DNA of 32,000 nt from Methanococcus maripaludis. GTDB taxonomy: Archaea; AGJL01; Methanococci; Methanococcales; Methanococcaceae. The stretch's first letter is position 1. Every line of letters starts with the position of its first letter. The position numbers and the translations under genes were made by a program. Shown piece after piece: positions 15,950 to 26,370 of this stretch. The notes beneath the pieces were generated by a model. The model ran no database searches. It saw only the letters and a list, made by a program, of their open reading frames with translations, and was not told the origin of the DNA. The DNA lies in contig NZ_CP026606.1 in the NCBI RefSeq assembly GCF_002945325.1, positions 1,050,001-1,082,000 on the forward strand, in the 5' to 3' direction.

Positions 15950-17735
15950 CACTTTTTGCAAGCCCTCGAGGCTTATCCACATCTCTTTTTAAATCAACAG
16001 CTTTGTAATATGCTAAAAGCTGACAAGCAGTAGCATAGACAAAAGGACTTACCTCTTCAATTACATCAGGAACTTTTATTGAATATTTTAAATTATCTTC
16101 AACGGGTGAAATTCCGATGATTTTGCCGTTTCTTGCTTTTATTTCTTCAACATTTGAAAGAACGGGACTTAAAAGCTCGGATTTTGATGGAGGAATTAGT
16201 GCAACAGTGTCCATATTTTCATCAATCAAAGAAATAGTCCCGTGTTTTAAAAATCCGCTGCTCATCCCTTCTGCATGCAAATATGTTATTTCTTTAAATT
16301 TCAAAGCTCCTTCAAGGGCATTTGCAAGATTAATTCCTTTTGAAATAAAGAGGTAGTTTTTAGCAGTCAATTCTTCTGCAATTTTTGAAATGTTTTCTTT
16401 TTCGTCCAAAACTTTTGAAACGTAATTTGGAATATTTAATAACTCTTTTTCAAAAATATCCATGTTTTTTCCAATTATTTTACCGTACTCAATGAATAAC
16501 CTGTATAAAATAACAAGCTGTGACATGAAGGTTTTTGTTGCACAAACTGCAATTTCTAGGCCGGATCCCATCATTATTGTAATGTCTGCTTCTCTTGTTG
16601 CAGTACTTCCAAGAACGTTTACGATAGTTGCAGTTTTTGCACCTTTTTCTTTAGCGTATTTAACTGCTTTCATCGTGTCGTATGTTTCACCACTTTGAGT
16701 TATTGCAATAACCAGTGTTTTTTCATCAACAATTCCTTTTGTTAAAAATTCAGACGAATCGATTGGAATAACTAATTTATTTAATCCTGAGAACCAGTAT
16801 TCTGCAACCATTGCAGCATGAAGTGAAGTTCCCATTGCAGTGATGTATATTTTATCACATTTTTCAATTTCTTTTCCAAGATTTTCAATTTCCAATTTTG
16901 AAATTTTCATTGAATTTTTTAAAATTACTGGTTCTTCCATAATTTCTTTTAACATGAAGTGCTCATATCCTTCCTTTTCAGCACTTTCCATATCCCACTG
17001 GAGTTCAATTTTATCTCTTTGAACTTGTTTTCCATCGTTTAAAACTTCGATATCTATTTTATCGTTTTCTTTTCTCAAAATTACGATATCACGATCGTTT
17101 AAGGGCATTGCAAGTTTAGTATATTCTAAAAATGCAGAAATATCGCTTCCAATAAAACATTCATCTTTTTTTATTCCTAAAATTAGTGGACTTTCATTCC
17201 TAACTCCAACAAGCATTTCTGGAAAATCCTGATTTAAAATTAAGAGAGCGTACGTTCCATTAAGTTTTTTAATTGTATTTTGAATGGCGTTAATATATGT
17301 TTTTTCAGTTATTTCTTTAAAATCTTTTAGTTCTTCTTCAATCAAGTGTGGAATAACTTCAGTATCGGTTTCAGATTTGAAAATGTGGCCTTTTGAAATT
17401 AATAGTTCCTTTAATTCCTTGTAATTTGATATGATTCCATTGTGTGCAATACATATTTTTTCTATGCAGTCGTAGTGCGGGTGTGCATTATCTTTTGTAA
17501 TTCCGCCGTGTGTTGCCCACCTGCTGTGCCCAATTCCAATAAAGCCGTTCATGTCATCAAAATTTTCTTTTTTTGAGACTTCTAAAACTTTTCCAGTATT
17601 TTTCTTAAGTTTAATTGTATCATCAATAGTTGCAATTCCGCAGCTATCGTATCCCCTATATTCTAGCCTTTTTAAACCATTTAGTAGTATTTTTGAAGCC
17701 CGTTCATTTCCGATATATCCAATAATTCCGCACAT
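15936..17735 (-). CDS. glmS: Glutamine--fructose-6-phosphate aminotransferase (isomerizing)
   Basis: Has the N-terminal MCGIIGY (Ntn amidotransferase catalytic Cys2) and HSRWATHG. Two SIS domains are present, with a C-terminal …KPRGLAKSVTVE. The start is trimmed from GTG 17744 to ATG 17735 so that Cys is residue 2. Confidence 0.95.
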   Translation of the reverse strand: MCGIIGYIGNERASKILLNGLKRLEYRGYDSCGIATIDDTIKLKKNTGKVLEVSKKENFDDMNGFIGIGHSRWATHGGITKDNAHPHYDCIEKICIAHNGIISNYKELKELLISKGHIFKSETDTEVIPHLIEEELKDFKEITEKTYINAIQNTIKKLNGTYALLILNQDFPEMLVGVRNESPLILGIKKDECFIGSDISAFLEYTKLAMPLNDRDIVILRKENDKIDIEVLNDGKQVQRDKIELQWDMESAEKEGYEHFMLKEIMEEPVILKNSMKISKLEIENLGKEIEKCDKIYITAMGTSLHAAMVAEYWFSGLNKLVIPIDSSEFLTKGIVDEKTLVIAITQSGETYDTMKAVKYAKEKGAKTATIVNVLGSTATREADITIMMGSGLEIAVCATKTFMSQLVILYRLFIEYGKIIGKNMDIFEKELLNIPNYVSKVLDEKENISKIAEELTAKNYLFISKGINLANALEGALKFKEITYLHAEGMSSGFLKHGTISLIDENMDTVALIPPSKSELLSPVLSNVEEIKARNGKIIGISPVEDNLKYSIKVPDVIEEVSPFVYATACQLLAYYKAVDLKRDVDKPRGLAKSVTVE

Positions 17736-17845
17736 ATAAAACACCTAAATTTTCGACTGAAAGCTATTTGACATTGTTTATATAATATAATTTCGATTAT
17801 TATAGTTAGTACTATTTATTCAGTCTTATTATCGGTGATTTATTT

Positions 17846-18283
17846 ATGAAAAAAATAACTTTAATCGGTAGCGAACTTGCAAAAACCGGAAACGAATTTA
17901 TTTATCTCGGGCCCCTTGAAGAATGCGAACCTTGCAGATTTAAAAGGATATGCCACAACAACTTGGAAATTGGAACGAGGTATAAAATTGTAAGTGTGAG
18001 ATCTGCAAATCACCCATGTACCGTTCATGAAAATGGAGTTAAGGTTGTAGAAGTAACGCCTGCAGAATTTACAATAATAATTGAGTCTAAAAAAGCTCTC
18101 GAAGGAGTAACTTTAACGCATGCAGATGTGCAGTGTGACAGGGTATGCTGTGAAAATTACCTTTTATGTCACCCTGAAGGAGTATCTGGAAAATATAAGG
18201 TAGCATCAATACTTCCTGAAAAAGTAGAATGTAAAAAGGGAAATTCTCTTAAAAAAATTTCAATAGTTCCGGTTCAGCAGTAA
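17846..18283 (+). CDS. UPF0179 family cysteine-rich protein (archaeal conserved, unknown function)
   Basis: 145-aa ORF beginning [36 protein letters not shown]…HPC…[17 protein letters not shown] recall this matching the UPF0179 family pattern. RBS GGTGA lies upstream. Confidence 0.68.
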   Translation: MKKITLIGSELAKTGNEFIYLGPLEECEPCRFKRICHNNLEIGTRYKIVSVRSANHPCTVHENGVKVVEVTPAEFTIIIESKKALEGVTLTHADVQCDRVCCENYLLCHPEGVSGKYKVASILPEKVECKKGNSLKKISIVPVQQ

Positions 18284-18286
18284 TGT

Positions 18287-19108
18287 TTATAACTCCTCAT
18301 AATTCTTTTTTAAAATAACTGCGTCGTATTCTAATCGAGGACTTTCACAAATAACCGTTCCAGAACATTCAAAATCTTTTAAAGCTTTTAAAACTGCCAT
18401 ATAATTAAATTCAGAATTTAAAATTGGAAAATGCTTTTTTTCGCCCCCGTTTCCAAAATCAATTCCTGAAATGTGGATGTGCATATCCTTAATTCCTTTT
18501 TTTCCAAGATTATTTTCAAGTTTTGATAATATATTTGAAAATGAATCATAATCATTTATTTTTCCAAGACTTCGTGCGAATACGTGCGAAAAGTCAATGC
18601 ACGGCATAATGTCAATTTCAGCTGACAATTGGATTAATTCATCAACGCTTCCAAATTGTGAGATTTTTCCAGTAGTTTCGGGCCTTAAAATCGCATTTAT
18701 TTTATTTTCATTCATTATTTCAAGTATTTTTTGAATATTTGCTTTTATTTTCCCATAAACTAAATCTTTATCCTGTTTTAAATAAAATCCAGAATGAAAA
18801 ACCACGTTTTTATTTTCAGAATTTTTTTTATTGAATATACTAATTATTTTTGCAGAATCAACGATTCTTTTAATGCTGGATTCGATTTTTTCAGGTTCTT
18901 TTGCATTTAAATTGATATAATAAGGGGCATGAGCACTGAGTGTAATTTTCAAATTTTTTGCCAAAGTTTCTGCTTTTTCAGCTTTTAAATTTACGCCACG
19001 TACGAATTCAAGCTCCATCGCATCAAGATTAATTTCTTTTAAATATTCGAGTGCGCTTTCTGTATTTTTAGCATTTATTGGTATTCCTGCAGTTCCAAAT
19101 TTCAACAT
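18287..19108 (-). CDS. Endonuclease IV-like protein (AP endonuclease family 2 / xylose-isomerase-like TIM barrel)
   Basis: 273-aa ORF with motifs in order: HAPYYINL, VFHSGFY, RPETTGK, IDFSHVFAR, HIHISGI. These parallel the metal-ligand motifs of Nfo-type enzymes. Confidence 0.72.
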   Translation of the reverse strand: MLKFGTAGIPINAKNTESALEYLKEINLDAMELEFVRGVNLKAEKAETLAKNLKITLSAHAPYYINLNAKEPEKIESSIKRIVDSAKIISIFNKKNSENKNVVFHSGFYLKQDKDLVYGKIKANIQKILEIMNENKINAILRPETTGKISQFGSVDELIQLSAEIDIMPCIDFSHVFARSLGKINDYDSFSNILSKLENNLGKKGIKDMHIHISGIDFGNGGEKKHFPILNSEFNYMAVLKALKDFECSGTVICESPRLEYDAVILKKNYEEL

Positions 19109-19181
19109 TTTATCACATGAGTTAAGAGTATCAACCTATTTATCTAAGTTTGTAGCTATATATTTTGATGTAGGTGAAGAC

Positions 19182-20018
19182 ATGGATATAAAAGCATATT
19201 TCGAGTTAATCAGGTTAAAAAATTGTTTGACAGCATCTTTTGGGGCATTTATAGGGGGATTAATTGCATCTTACTTCAATCTGGCCATGGTCGATAATTT
19301 AATTCTTGCATCAATAGTCGTTTTTTTAGTTTGCGGGTTTGGAAATGCTTTAAATGATATTTATGATTTAAAAATTGATCGGATAAACAAACCCAAACGA
19401 CCGATTCCTTCAAAACGAATCACCTTGAATAATGCAAAGGTATTTTCATATTCATTGGTAGCTATGGGTCTATTTATATCCCTGTTTAATATATCATGCT
19501 TTTTGATGGCAGTTTTAAATTCGATAGTACTCCAGCAGTATGCAAGCACGTACAAAAAAAATAAAATTATTGGAAACTTAATTGTAGCATATTTAACAGG
19601 TTCAGTCTTTATATTTGGTGGAATTGCTGTTGGAAATATTGATGTTACAATAATGCTCTTTTTATGCGCTTTATTTGCAATGTGGTCACGAGAAATAATT
19701 AAGGATTACGAGGACATCGAAGGAGACATTAAAGAAAAAGTAATTTCAATTCCTATAAAATGTGGTGAAAGGTCAATATATATCGCAGCATTTTTGCTTA
19801 TTTTCGCAATTTTTTTGAGCCCACTACCATATTTATTTGGATTTTTTGGAATTTATTATATTATTTCTGTGGTTTTCTGCGATTTATTATTTTTACTTGG
19901 AATATACAAACTTGTATTCAATCCCTCAAAAATGGAAGCAAAAAAAGCTTCAAGAAATATAAAAATAGTAACAAATCTAGTTTTAATAGCGTTCTTAATC
20001 GGTTCACTATTCAAATGA
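19182..20018 (+). CDS. UbiA-family prenyltransferase, probable digeranylgeranylglyceryl phosphate synthase
   Basis: 278-aa polytopic protein with NALNDIYDLKIDRINKPKRPIPS and a second Asp-rich motif, KDYEDIEGD. Size and motifs fit the archaeal DGGGP synthase. Confidence 0.78.
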   Translation: MDIKAYFELIRLKNCLTASFGAFIGGLIASYFNLAMVDNLILASIVVFLVCGFGNALNDIYDLKIDRINKPKRPIPSKRITLNNAKVFSYSLVAMGLFISLFNISCFLMAVLNSIVLQQYASTYKKNKIIGNLIVAYLTGSVFIFGGIAVGNIDVTIMLFLCALFAMWSREIIKDYEDIEGDIKEKVISIPIKCGERSIYIAAFLLIFAIFLSPLPYLFGFFGIYYIISVVFCDLLFLLGIYKLVFNPSKMEAKKASRNIKIVTNLVLIAFLIGSLFK

Positions 20019-20031
20019 TTTTTTAAATAAA

Positions 20032-21708
20032 TTAAATTGGAAGGCTCGTTCCAAGGAGGCTTCCAGTCATTACTTCTGCAATATACCCAACAATTGATGC
20101 AACCCAGAGCATTATTACAAAGTGCATTAATGAAACCTGGTAGTGTCCTCCATCCATTAATTTTATCAGGTAGCCTGAAACAATTGAATAAATTACGAGT
20201 ACCCCGTAGATTAAATAAGCAATAAGGCTGAAATCTTCAGGGGTTATGATATTCACAATCGATATCATTGTGTCGGGTATATCTAAACTTGTATAAAGTC
20301 CATTAACCATGTTTGCAACCCCTGCCGAAGCGTAAAGGGTAAGGGCCATACCTCCAGCTAATCCGTACATGATCCCGGAGAACTGGCTGACACTTTGATA
20401 TTTTGCTTTTCTTAAGTTAATGATTTTTCTGAAGTTTTTCCCAATCATGTGGGCAGCAACCCCTGCGTTTCCACCTAAAAATGTACAACGTTCAAACATT
20501 TCAGAGAACAGCTGTATCATGTAGCTGCAGGTATCATATCCAAAGTATCGCCATGCTTTCTGGCTGTTTACCCTGATGGATACTCTTTTGTAAAGGCCTT
20601 CCAAGTCTTTTGTTAATGGACCAAAGTCGTTTGATGAGAGGTATTCTAATGAATCAGTCATACCTCCTCCTTTTGCACTAACAGAATCCCCTAGTGACCT
20701 TAAAAAGTCTGGAAAGTTGAATTCTTTTCTTATTACGAGGTTTTCTTCACGCTGTGCGAAATATCCTCCAATAGCAAGTGGACTCATTCCAAGCGCGAAA
20801 ATTATCTGGTAGGGTATTTTCATTATTTGAGGAATTTCTCCAATGAATTTTCCCCATAAAAGGAATAATGTAAATAATACTGTTCCGATAACTGATATTA
20901 TTAGCCATTTTTTTAATTTCAAGTCGATTTTGGTTGGTTTTTCCCCAGTATGCCACAAACGGTCATATGGAAGTCTGCTTTTTATCGCATAGACCAAAAG
21001 TACTTCAATAAGTACAAAACCTAACAGTGCAACTGTCACCATGGTTACAAAATCATAGGGGAGTAGAAATGGTGCAATTATTGCGAAAGTCACGAAAAAG
21101 GATACTGAAGTTACTGCACTGACATACATCTCTTTAAACGTGTCAAGCGTGTAAATTGCCCTTTTGTAGAATTCACCGTAGTCTTCCATCACAATGTCCT
21201 GTTCACCGTGCAAAAATTCTTTTAATTCCTGACCGCTGTCTATTGAATAAGCCATACGATCTAAAAAATCACCAAACTGACTGCTCGGAGACCGGTTTGC
21301 CAAGAACCTGCAGGATTCTGCAAGCGACTGGTTCCATCTTTTAATTAATACAAAAATTTTATGAGATTCTGTTGCAAGCTGGCCTAATTCTTCTTTTTCG
21401 GTTGCTAAAAGGTGCATTAATTCTTTTCTATCCAAATCAGTAATTGAAAGAACACCAAATTTTGTAATGAATATGTGGAGTCTTTCATTTATCTTTTGAC
21501 GTTGAGAATCAAGTTCAATATATGGGTAGCCTATGGCACTTCCCATTAAAAGAAGCGGCAGAAATAATACGACCAATCGAGTGTAGCCTGAAAAGTAGGT
21601 TATTCCCAATATTAATAATAAAATTGAGATGATACTTGCAGGAAGTATAAATTTAAGAATGTAATCTTTTGGTTTTAGTCCAACCCTTGGGAGTATATCA
21701 AAAAACAT
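20032..21708 (-). CDS. flaJ: Archaellum membrane platform protein FlaJ
   Basis: 559-aa polytopic membrane protein and last gene of the fla cluster. The start is trimmed from 21756 to ATG 21708, which is preceded by AAGGTG (21715-21720). This removes the overlap with flaI. Confidence 0.88.
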   Translation of the reverse strand: MFFDILPRVGLKPKDYILKFILPASIISILLLILGITYFSGYTRLVVLFLPLLLMGSAIGYPYIELDSQRQKINERLHIFITKFGVLSITDLDRKELMHLLATEKEELGQLATESHKIFVLIKRWNQSLAESCRFLANRSPSSQFGDFLDRMAYSIDSGQELKEFLHGEQDIVMEDYGEFYKRAIYTLDTFKEMYVSAVTSVSFFVTFAIIAPFLLPYDFVTMVTVALLGFVLIEVLLVYAIKSRLPYDRLWHTGEKPTKIDLKLKKWLIISVIGTVLFTLFLLWGKFIGEIPQIMKIPYQIIFALGMSPLAIGGYFAQREENLVIRKEFNFPDFLRSLGDSVSAKGGGMTDSLEYLSSNDFGPLTKDLEGLYKRVSIRVNSQKAWRYFGYDTCSYMIQLFSEMFERCTFLGGNAGVAAHMIGKNFRKIINLRKAKYQSVSQFSGIMYGLAGGMALTLYASAGVANMVNGLYTSLDIPDTMISIVNIITPEDFSLIAYLIYGVLVIYSIVSGYLIKLMDGGHYQVSLMHFVIMLWVASIVGYIAEVMTGSLLGTSLPI

Positions 21709-21718
21709 AAGAAACACC

Positions 21719-23359
21719 TTAAACCTGGAATGGCAGTCCTTCCAATCCTTTTTCATAGAAACTCCAGATAATATCTAAAACCTCGTAGTATCCAAAGATT
21801 CCTCTTGCAATCATTTCTTCGAGAATTCTAACTCTTAAATCAAGTTCATCGTAGATTTCTCTTGGATCTTCGTATCCTGCAACGGTTGCAATTTTGTCTT
21901 CAAGGATGTAACTGTTATTCAATCCGGTAAAGTTGTGGACGTCTTTTTGAGGGTCCCATTCAAAAACACCTCTTGTAATGACTCCATCAACTTCCTTGTA
22001 GTATCCTTCAATTTCTTCAACTGAAACAACTCTTCTTAAGAATTTTCCTCTAGCATAAACTGCAAGCTGGAACAGACAGACGTTTAAGTTATCCATAAAT
22101 GTTTGTGGAATACATATCGGGTCCCCTGTAAGCCTTTGTATCATTTTTCTAACGTTTGCAGCGTGGAACGTTGAAATTACCGGGTGACCGGTCTGCATTG
22201 CCTGGAAAGCAACAGCTCCTTCGACAGACCTGATTTCCCCTACAATAATGTAATTCGGCCTTGACCTTAATGCGGCTCTCAAAAGATCAAATAGTGTAAC
22301 TCTGCTCTCTTCAGGGCCTCTTTCCCTGGTTAATAACTGCTGCCAAACAGGGTTTGGAGGTTTTACCTCAGAAGTATCTTCACAGGAGAATATTTTTGAT
22401 TTAGGCTTGATAAATGGTAAAATTGCATTTAGTGAAGTAGTTTTTCCTGACGCAGTTTCCCCACAGATGAATATACTCATTCCGTATTCAAGGCAGAGCC
22501 AAAGATATGCTGCAGTCTGAGCAGACATTGTACCCCAGCTGATAATTTGGGTAATGCTTATTGGAACGTCTGTAAATTTACGAATTGTAAATGATGGGCC
22601 TTTTAATGAAACGTCCCCTGAATAAAGAATGTTTATCCTTGATCCATCCGGTAAAGAACCATCTACAATTGGTGTAGCGTCAGAAACTGGTCTTCCGATT
22701 CTTTCACACATATTTTTTAAGTAATTGGAAATGTCCCCTTCATCTTCCCATTCAATGTTTGATGGAAGCATATCATAGATTTTGTGAACCAGCTGGCAGT
22801 TTTTAGCACCGATTACGTGAATATCTTCAATGTATGGGTCTCTTTTTATTGGTTCAAGAGTTCCAAGTCCGATTAAGTCTCTTTTCAATAAATAGAGGAA
22901 TTTATCTCTTTCACTTTTATTTATGTTTATTTTTCCAGAATCGGTTATTTTTGACAGAATTCCTTTTTTCTTTTCGTTTTTTTGACTTGATACTTTTGCA
23001 ACCATGTCAAATAGTTTTGTGACTACTTTTCCAAACTCTTCATCGTTTTCAGGAATATCGCTGTATGGCGCATACTCTAATATTTTATCGAGGATGTCGA
23101 AATATTTTTTTCTCTCTTCTGAACCGTTTAATTTAGGTTCTATTGCAATATATCTTGTTTTTAAATTAGGGGTTCCGTAAAGGTGGATAAATATCGGGTC
23201 ACCTATTGGATAAATTATATTTGGATATCTTATTTCTTTAAAATCTCTTGAAAGGCTTGGAACGAATTCTGGGACTTTCATGTAAGTTTTTTTAAATTTT
23301 TCAACGTAATTTTTTAAATGGGGATTGTTCATTTGTGCAGTTTTGAAATCATTAGCCAT
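21719..23359 (-). CDS. flaI: Archaellum assembly/motor ATPase FlaI (type II/IV secretion ATPase family)
   Basis: 546 aa with Walker A GETASGKTT and Walker B-like NYIIVGEIR. It also has His-box-like regions. Positioned between flaH and flaJ. Confidence 0.93.
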   Translation of the reverse strand: MANDFKTAQMNNPHLKNYVEKFKKTYMKVPEFVPSLSRDFKEIRYPNIIYPIGDPIFIHLYGTPNLKTRYIAIEPKLNGSEERKKYFDILDKILEYAPYSDIPENDEEFGKVVTKLFDMVAKVSSQKNEKKKGILSKITDSGKININKSERDKFLYLLKRDLIGLGTLEPIKRDPYIEDIHVIGAKNCQLVHKIYDMLPSNIEWEDEGDISNYLKNMCERIGRPVSDATPIVDGSLPDGSRINILYSGDVSLKGPSFTIRKFTDVPISITQIISWGTMSAQTAAYLWLCLEYGMSIFICGETASGKTTSLNAILPFIKPKSKIFSCEDTSEVKPPNPVWQQLLTRERGPEESRVTLFDLLRAALRSRPNYIIVGEIRSVEGAVAFQAMQTGHPVISTFHAANVRKMIQRLTGDPICIPQTFMDNLNVCLFQLAVYARGKFLRRVVSVEEIEGYYKEVDGVITRGVFEWDPQKDVHNFTGLNNSYILEDKIATVAGYEDPREIYDELDLRVRILEEMIARGIFGYYEVLDIIWSFYEKGLEGLPFQV

Positions 23360-23368
23360 ATTACCACC

Positions 23369-24070
23369 TTATGCTACAGAGGATATTTCTACGGCAATTC
23401 CAAGTCCTGGATCGACTCTAAATACCATAACTTTCTGGAAGGAACTTTTTGCAAAGTTGTATTTTTCAATTTTAGCAGAATTTTTAAGATTTCCCCCGAA
23501 AGAATAAGTTGCTGTTTTTATGACAATTGTTGCAGAAGTTCTGAGTATTGTCAATATTGATTCAGGGAGTTCTTTTGGGTTTACTGTGTAAATTATAATT
23601 TTATTCATGGATGCAATTCTTTTAAAAAAAGCCATTAAATCTGTGATCTGTACTTCACTTGCATCATTAGATACTAATGTAGAAATAGAATCAAATAAAA
23701 CAATATCTTTTTCATAAAATGCTCTTGTATGCATTACTTTTTTAATAAAGTCATCTTTTATTGCATTTTCTGAAATTAACGGATATACTGGAATGTACAA
23801 AAGATTACCATCTAATAATTTTTTATTTATGGTGTATTTCAAGGACATCATCTGTTTTACAAATTCAGTGGTTGTCAATTGGGTTGATACATAAGAAAGC
23901 GAATAAGAGTTCTGTAAAAATCCGTATGCTAACCGCTGACAGAATATTGACTTTCCGGATGACTCTTCTCCTTCAATTAAGATAACGCTTCCAAAGGGGA
24001 TTCCCCCACCAAGTCTTTTGTGAACGTCATCTCTGCTCAGCTCTATTCTTGCTAGTTTCAAATCAACCAC
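23369..24070 (-). CDS. flaH: Archaellum RecA/KaiC-like ATP-binding protein FlaH
   Basis: 233 aa with Walker A GEESSGKS. Apparent GTG start. Conserved position upstream of flaI. Confidence 0.88.
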   Translation of the reverse strand: MVDLKLARIELSRDDVHKRLGGGIPFGSVILIEGEESSGKSIFCQRLAYGFLQNSYSLSYVSTQLTTTEFVKQMMSLKYTINKKLLDGNLLYIPVYPLISENAIKDDFIKKVMHTRAFYEKDIVLFDSISTLVSNDASEVQITDLMAFFKRIASMNKIIIYTVNPKELPESILTILRTSATIVIKTATYSFGGNLKNSAKIEKYNFAKSSFQKVMVFRVDPGLGIAVEISSVA

Positions 24071-24076
24071 CGATAC

Positions 24077-24529
24077 TTAATTGACATCTCCTGTTATTGT
24101 TCTAGATACGCCATGTTCAGATACTATTTTTATTTTGTGAAATCCAGTTTCGTTATAATTAATTTCAATTTTTCCAACTTCTGATGGACTTAAAACGCTG
24201 CCGGCACCATTTACAATGCTCGTATCAGAAATATCTCGGATTTCTCCATCTATTATTGCTGTTATTGTATCACTTTGAATAGAAATTTGTGTTTTTCCAG
24301 TATTTTTTATATATACTGTACTTATTCCGTTAATTGAATTTCTGGGGATATTTCCTGGATCATTAATAATTTCGAAATCCTGAGATAACTGCGTTGATAA
24401 CGTATCGCCCTTACTGCTGATTCCGAGCGATATTTTGTGCGTACTTGTTGCAAGAATTCCTGCGACAGCGGCCGTAATTATCAAAACACTAACAAAGATT
24501 ATTACTTCTGAGAAAACATTGGATGCCAT
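24077..24529 (-). CDS. flaG: Archaellum protein FlaG
   Basis: 150 aa with an N-terminal hydrophobic archaellin-like segment (VFSEVIIFVSVLIITAAVAGILA) and a beta-rich C-terminal part. Assigned by operon position. Confidence 0.8.
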   Translation of the reverse strand: MASNVFSEVIIFVSVLIITAAVAGILATSTHKISLGISSKGDTLSTQLSQDFEIINDPGNIPRNSINGISTVYIKNTGKTQISIQSDTITAIIDGEIRDISDTSIVNGAGSVLSPSEVGKIEINYNETGFHKIKIVSEHGVSRTITGDVN

Positions 24530-24569
24530 CTAAATCACAACGCAAAAGTTATCCTAAAAACAAGGATCT

Positions 24570-24977
24570 TTAGTTTAAATTGTAGTAATACTGGTTTCCG
24601 TATTCAGAAACTACCGATATTCTTCCCGGGGAACTTGCATTTACTGAAATATTTACACTTTCTAAAGGTGCTAAATACAGTTCACCAGACGTGATTGTAA
24701 AATTCACGGGAGTTCCGTTGTATAAAACGTCCCAATTATCTAATTCATGTGTTAATTGCCCTTCATTTAAAAGGGTAATGTTCATATTTTCTGATGAATG
24801 TTCAACTGATACAACAGTTATTTTTTCATCTAATTTATTTTTCAAATATTCTGAATGCTGGTTATAAGCATCATTTACTTTTGCAGACGTTAGGTCTACA
24901 GTACTGTACATGTAAATCGAACATATCAGCACTGTAGTCAACAACAACGTTAGTCCCGCAGTTGAACTAAATCCCAT
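24570..24977 (-). CDS. flaF: Archaellum protein FlaF
   Basis: 135 aa with an N-terminal TM segment (GLTLLLTTVLICSIYMY) and a soluble beta domain. It overlaps the flaE 3' end by 11 nt. Assigned by operon position. Confidence 0.8.
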   Translation of the reverse strand: MGFSSTAGLTLLLTTVLICSIYMYSTVDLTSAKVNDAYNQHSEYLKNKLDEKITVVSVEHSSENMNITLLNEGQLTHELDNWDVLYNGTPVNFTITSGELYLAPLESVNISVNASSPGRISVVSEYGNQYYYNLN

Positions 24978-25383
24978 AGTATTGCTCTGCGCCTCTTTTT
25001 ATCCTTCTAATTTCCCATTCTAGTTTATCTAAAACTTCGCTTGATATTTTTTTACCATTTAATCTTTCGATAAATAATAATGAAACCAAGTGGTCAGCAA
25101 TAGTTAATTTTCCAGAAGGACTTGCAATGTCGTCATCTTCTATTTTTATTCCTTTTGAGAATTTTAATAGTCCTGAAATTGCATTGTCAGATAACCATCC
25201 TAAGTTGTAGTAGAATTCAAGAATATCTGCAATGTTTGATTGTCCCACTCTTTCTGATAAGTATTCTAACCATTTAAATGCAAATATCAATGAAAATGCA
25301 TCTTCTGGAACAGCTTCTAATTTAGCAGGCTTTTGGGATTCGAGTAATATTGATGATAATGCTGCAGTGTTCATTTCGCTCAC
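24967..25383 (-). CDS. flaE: Archaellum accessory protein FlaE (FlaD/E domain)
   Basis: 138 aa. The segment FKWLEYLSERVGQSNIADILEFYYNLGWLSDNAISGLLKFSKG is clearly paralogous to the FlaD C-terminus. Confidence 0.85.
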   Translation of the reverse strand: MSEMNTAALSSILLESQKPAKLEAVPEDAFSLIFAFKWLEYLSERVGQSNIADILEFYYNLGWLSDNAISGLLKFSKGIKIEDDDIASPSGKLTIADHLVSLLFIERLNGKKISSEVLDKLEWEIRRIKRGAEQYYGI

Positions 25384-25401
25384 TCCTTGTAGTTACTTAA
25401 A

Positions 25402-26370
25402 TTACATTTTTTGTAGTTCTTCAGCCCATTTCTTTATTCTATTTATTTCTCTTTCCATGCCTTCAAGTTCTTCAACTGCGATAGGCCTTCCTGCTAATTT
25501 TTCAATGTAGAGTAATGATACAACGTGGTCTTCTGGAGCCATGCATTCATTAGCTTTCCAGTCGATATCTTCATGGAAATACTTCATGTTTTTTGATACT
25601 TTCATCAATTTGCTGATTGCTTTTCCAGATACCCATCCAAGGTTGTGGTAGTAATCAAGTACATCTATTAAATTTCCTGTTCCCACTCTACTAATTAAAA
25701 ATTCAAGCCATTTGAATACTAACATGGTAGAAAGTGTATCTTCGGGCAATTCTTGAAGTCTTGCAGTCGTTTCAACTGCAGGGGTTAATTCAGGTCTCAT
25801 ATTATTTCCCTCCTCAATTTCCAAAGGAACTTTCGAAACAACCTTTTCAATTTTAGGTTCTTCTTTGAACTCAATGATTGGTTCAACAGTCTGTTTTTCA
25901 ATTATTTTTACAGGCTCCACAACGGGTTCCTTAACAGGTTCAATTGAAACTTCAGGTTCTTCGATAATTTCTGGAACATCTACAGCCTTAGAAATTTCGG
26001 GAACTTCAATTTTTTCATCATCGAGATAGTTCAATTCTTTTTTAATGTCATCAGAAACTTTTGTTGCAGATGAAATTGTAGCAACTTTCATCAAAGCATC
26101 TAATTTCTGGCTCAAATCGTTAATTTTATTTGTAAGTTCTGCAGCCTTCTTGTCTTCCGGTTTTTTTCCAAAATAAAGGTCAGAAACTCTTCCAACGATT
26201 TTATCAAGCTGAGGTCTTGTTAATTTTCTGTTTTTTAAATTATTTTTTAAGAGTTCTACGATAAATGAAGGAATTTTGGATCTCAAATCATCCAAATATT
26301 CATCCATTTCACTCTCGGTAAGGTATTCTTCCGAAGCGGAAGCATATTCCATTTTAACGTTACCAATCAT
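25402..26370 (-). CDS. flaD: Archaellum accessory protein FlaD (coiled-coil N-part, Pro/Glu linker, FlaD/E domain)
   Basis: The ORF is open up to 26445. I prefer ATG 26370 (MIGNVKMEYAS…), which lies 6 nt after AGGAGAGG. The C-terminal FKWLEFLISRVGTGNLIDVLDYYHNLGWVSGKAISKLMKVSK domain is shared with FlaE. The start is uncertain (26445, 26370 or 26352). Confidence 0.82.
   Translation of the reverse strand: MIGNVKMEYASASEEYLTESEMDEYLDDLRSKIPSFIVELLKNNLKNRKLTRPQLDKIVGRVSDLYFGKKPEDKKAAELTNKINDLSQKLDALMKVATISSATKVSDDIKKELNYLDDEKIEVPEISKAVDVPEIIEEPEVSIEPVKEPVVEPVKIIEKQTVEPIIEFKEEPKIEKVVSKVPLEIEEGNNMRPELTPAVETTARLQELPEDTLSTMLVFKWLEFLISRVGTGNLIDVLDYYHNLGWVSGKAISKLMKVSKNMKYFHEDIDWKANECMAPEDHVVSLLYIEKLAGRPIAVEELEGMEREINRIKKWAEELQKM

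Noticed and set aside
17745-17845. Possible glmS-type ribozyme or riboswitch in the glmS leader
   Set aside because: This is an archaeal context. The region is short and AT-rich, with only TATA-like promoter sequence for the two divergent genes, and I could find no conserved core structure.
21709-21756. 16-codon N-terminal extension of flaJ overlapping flaI
   Set aside because: ATG 21708 has an AAGGTG RBS and yields a hydrophobic FlaJ-like N-terminus (MFFDILPRVGL) without overlapping flaI.
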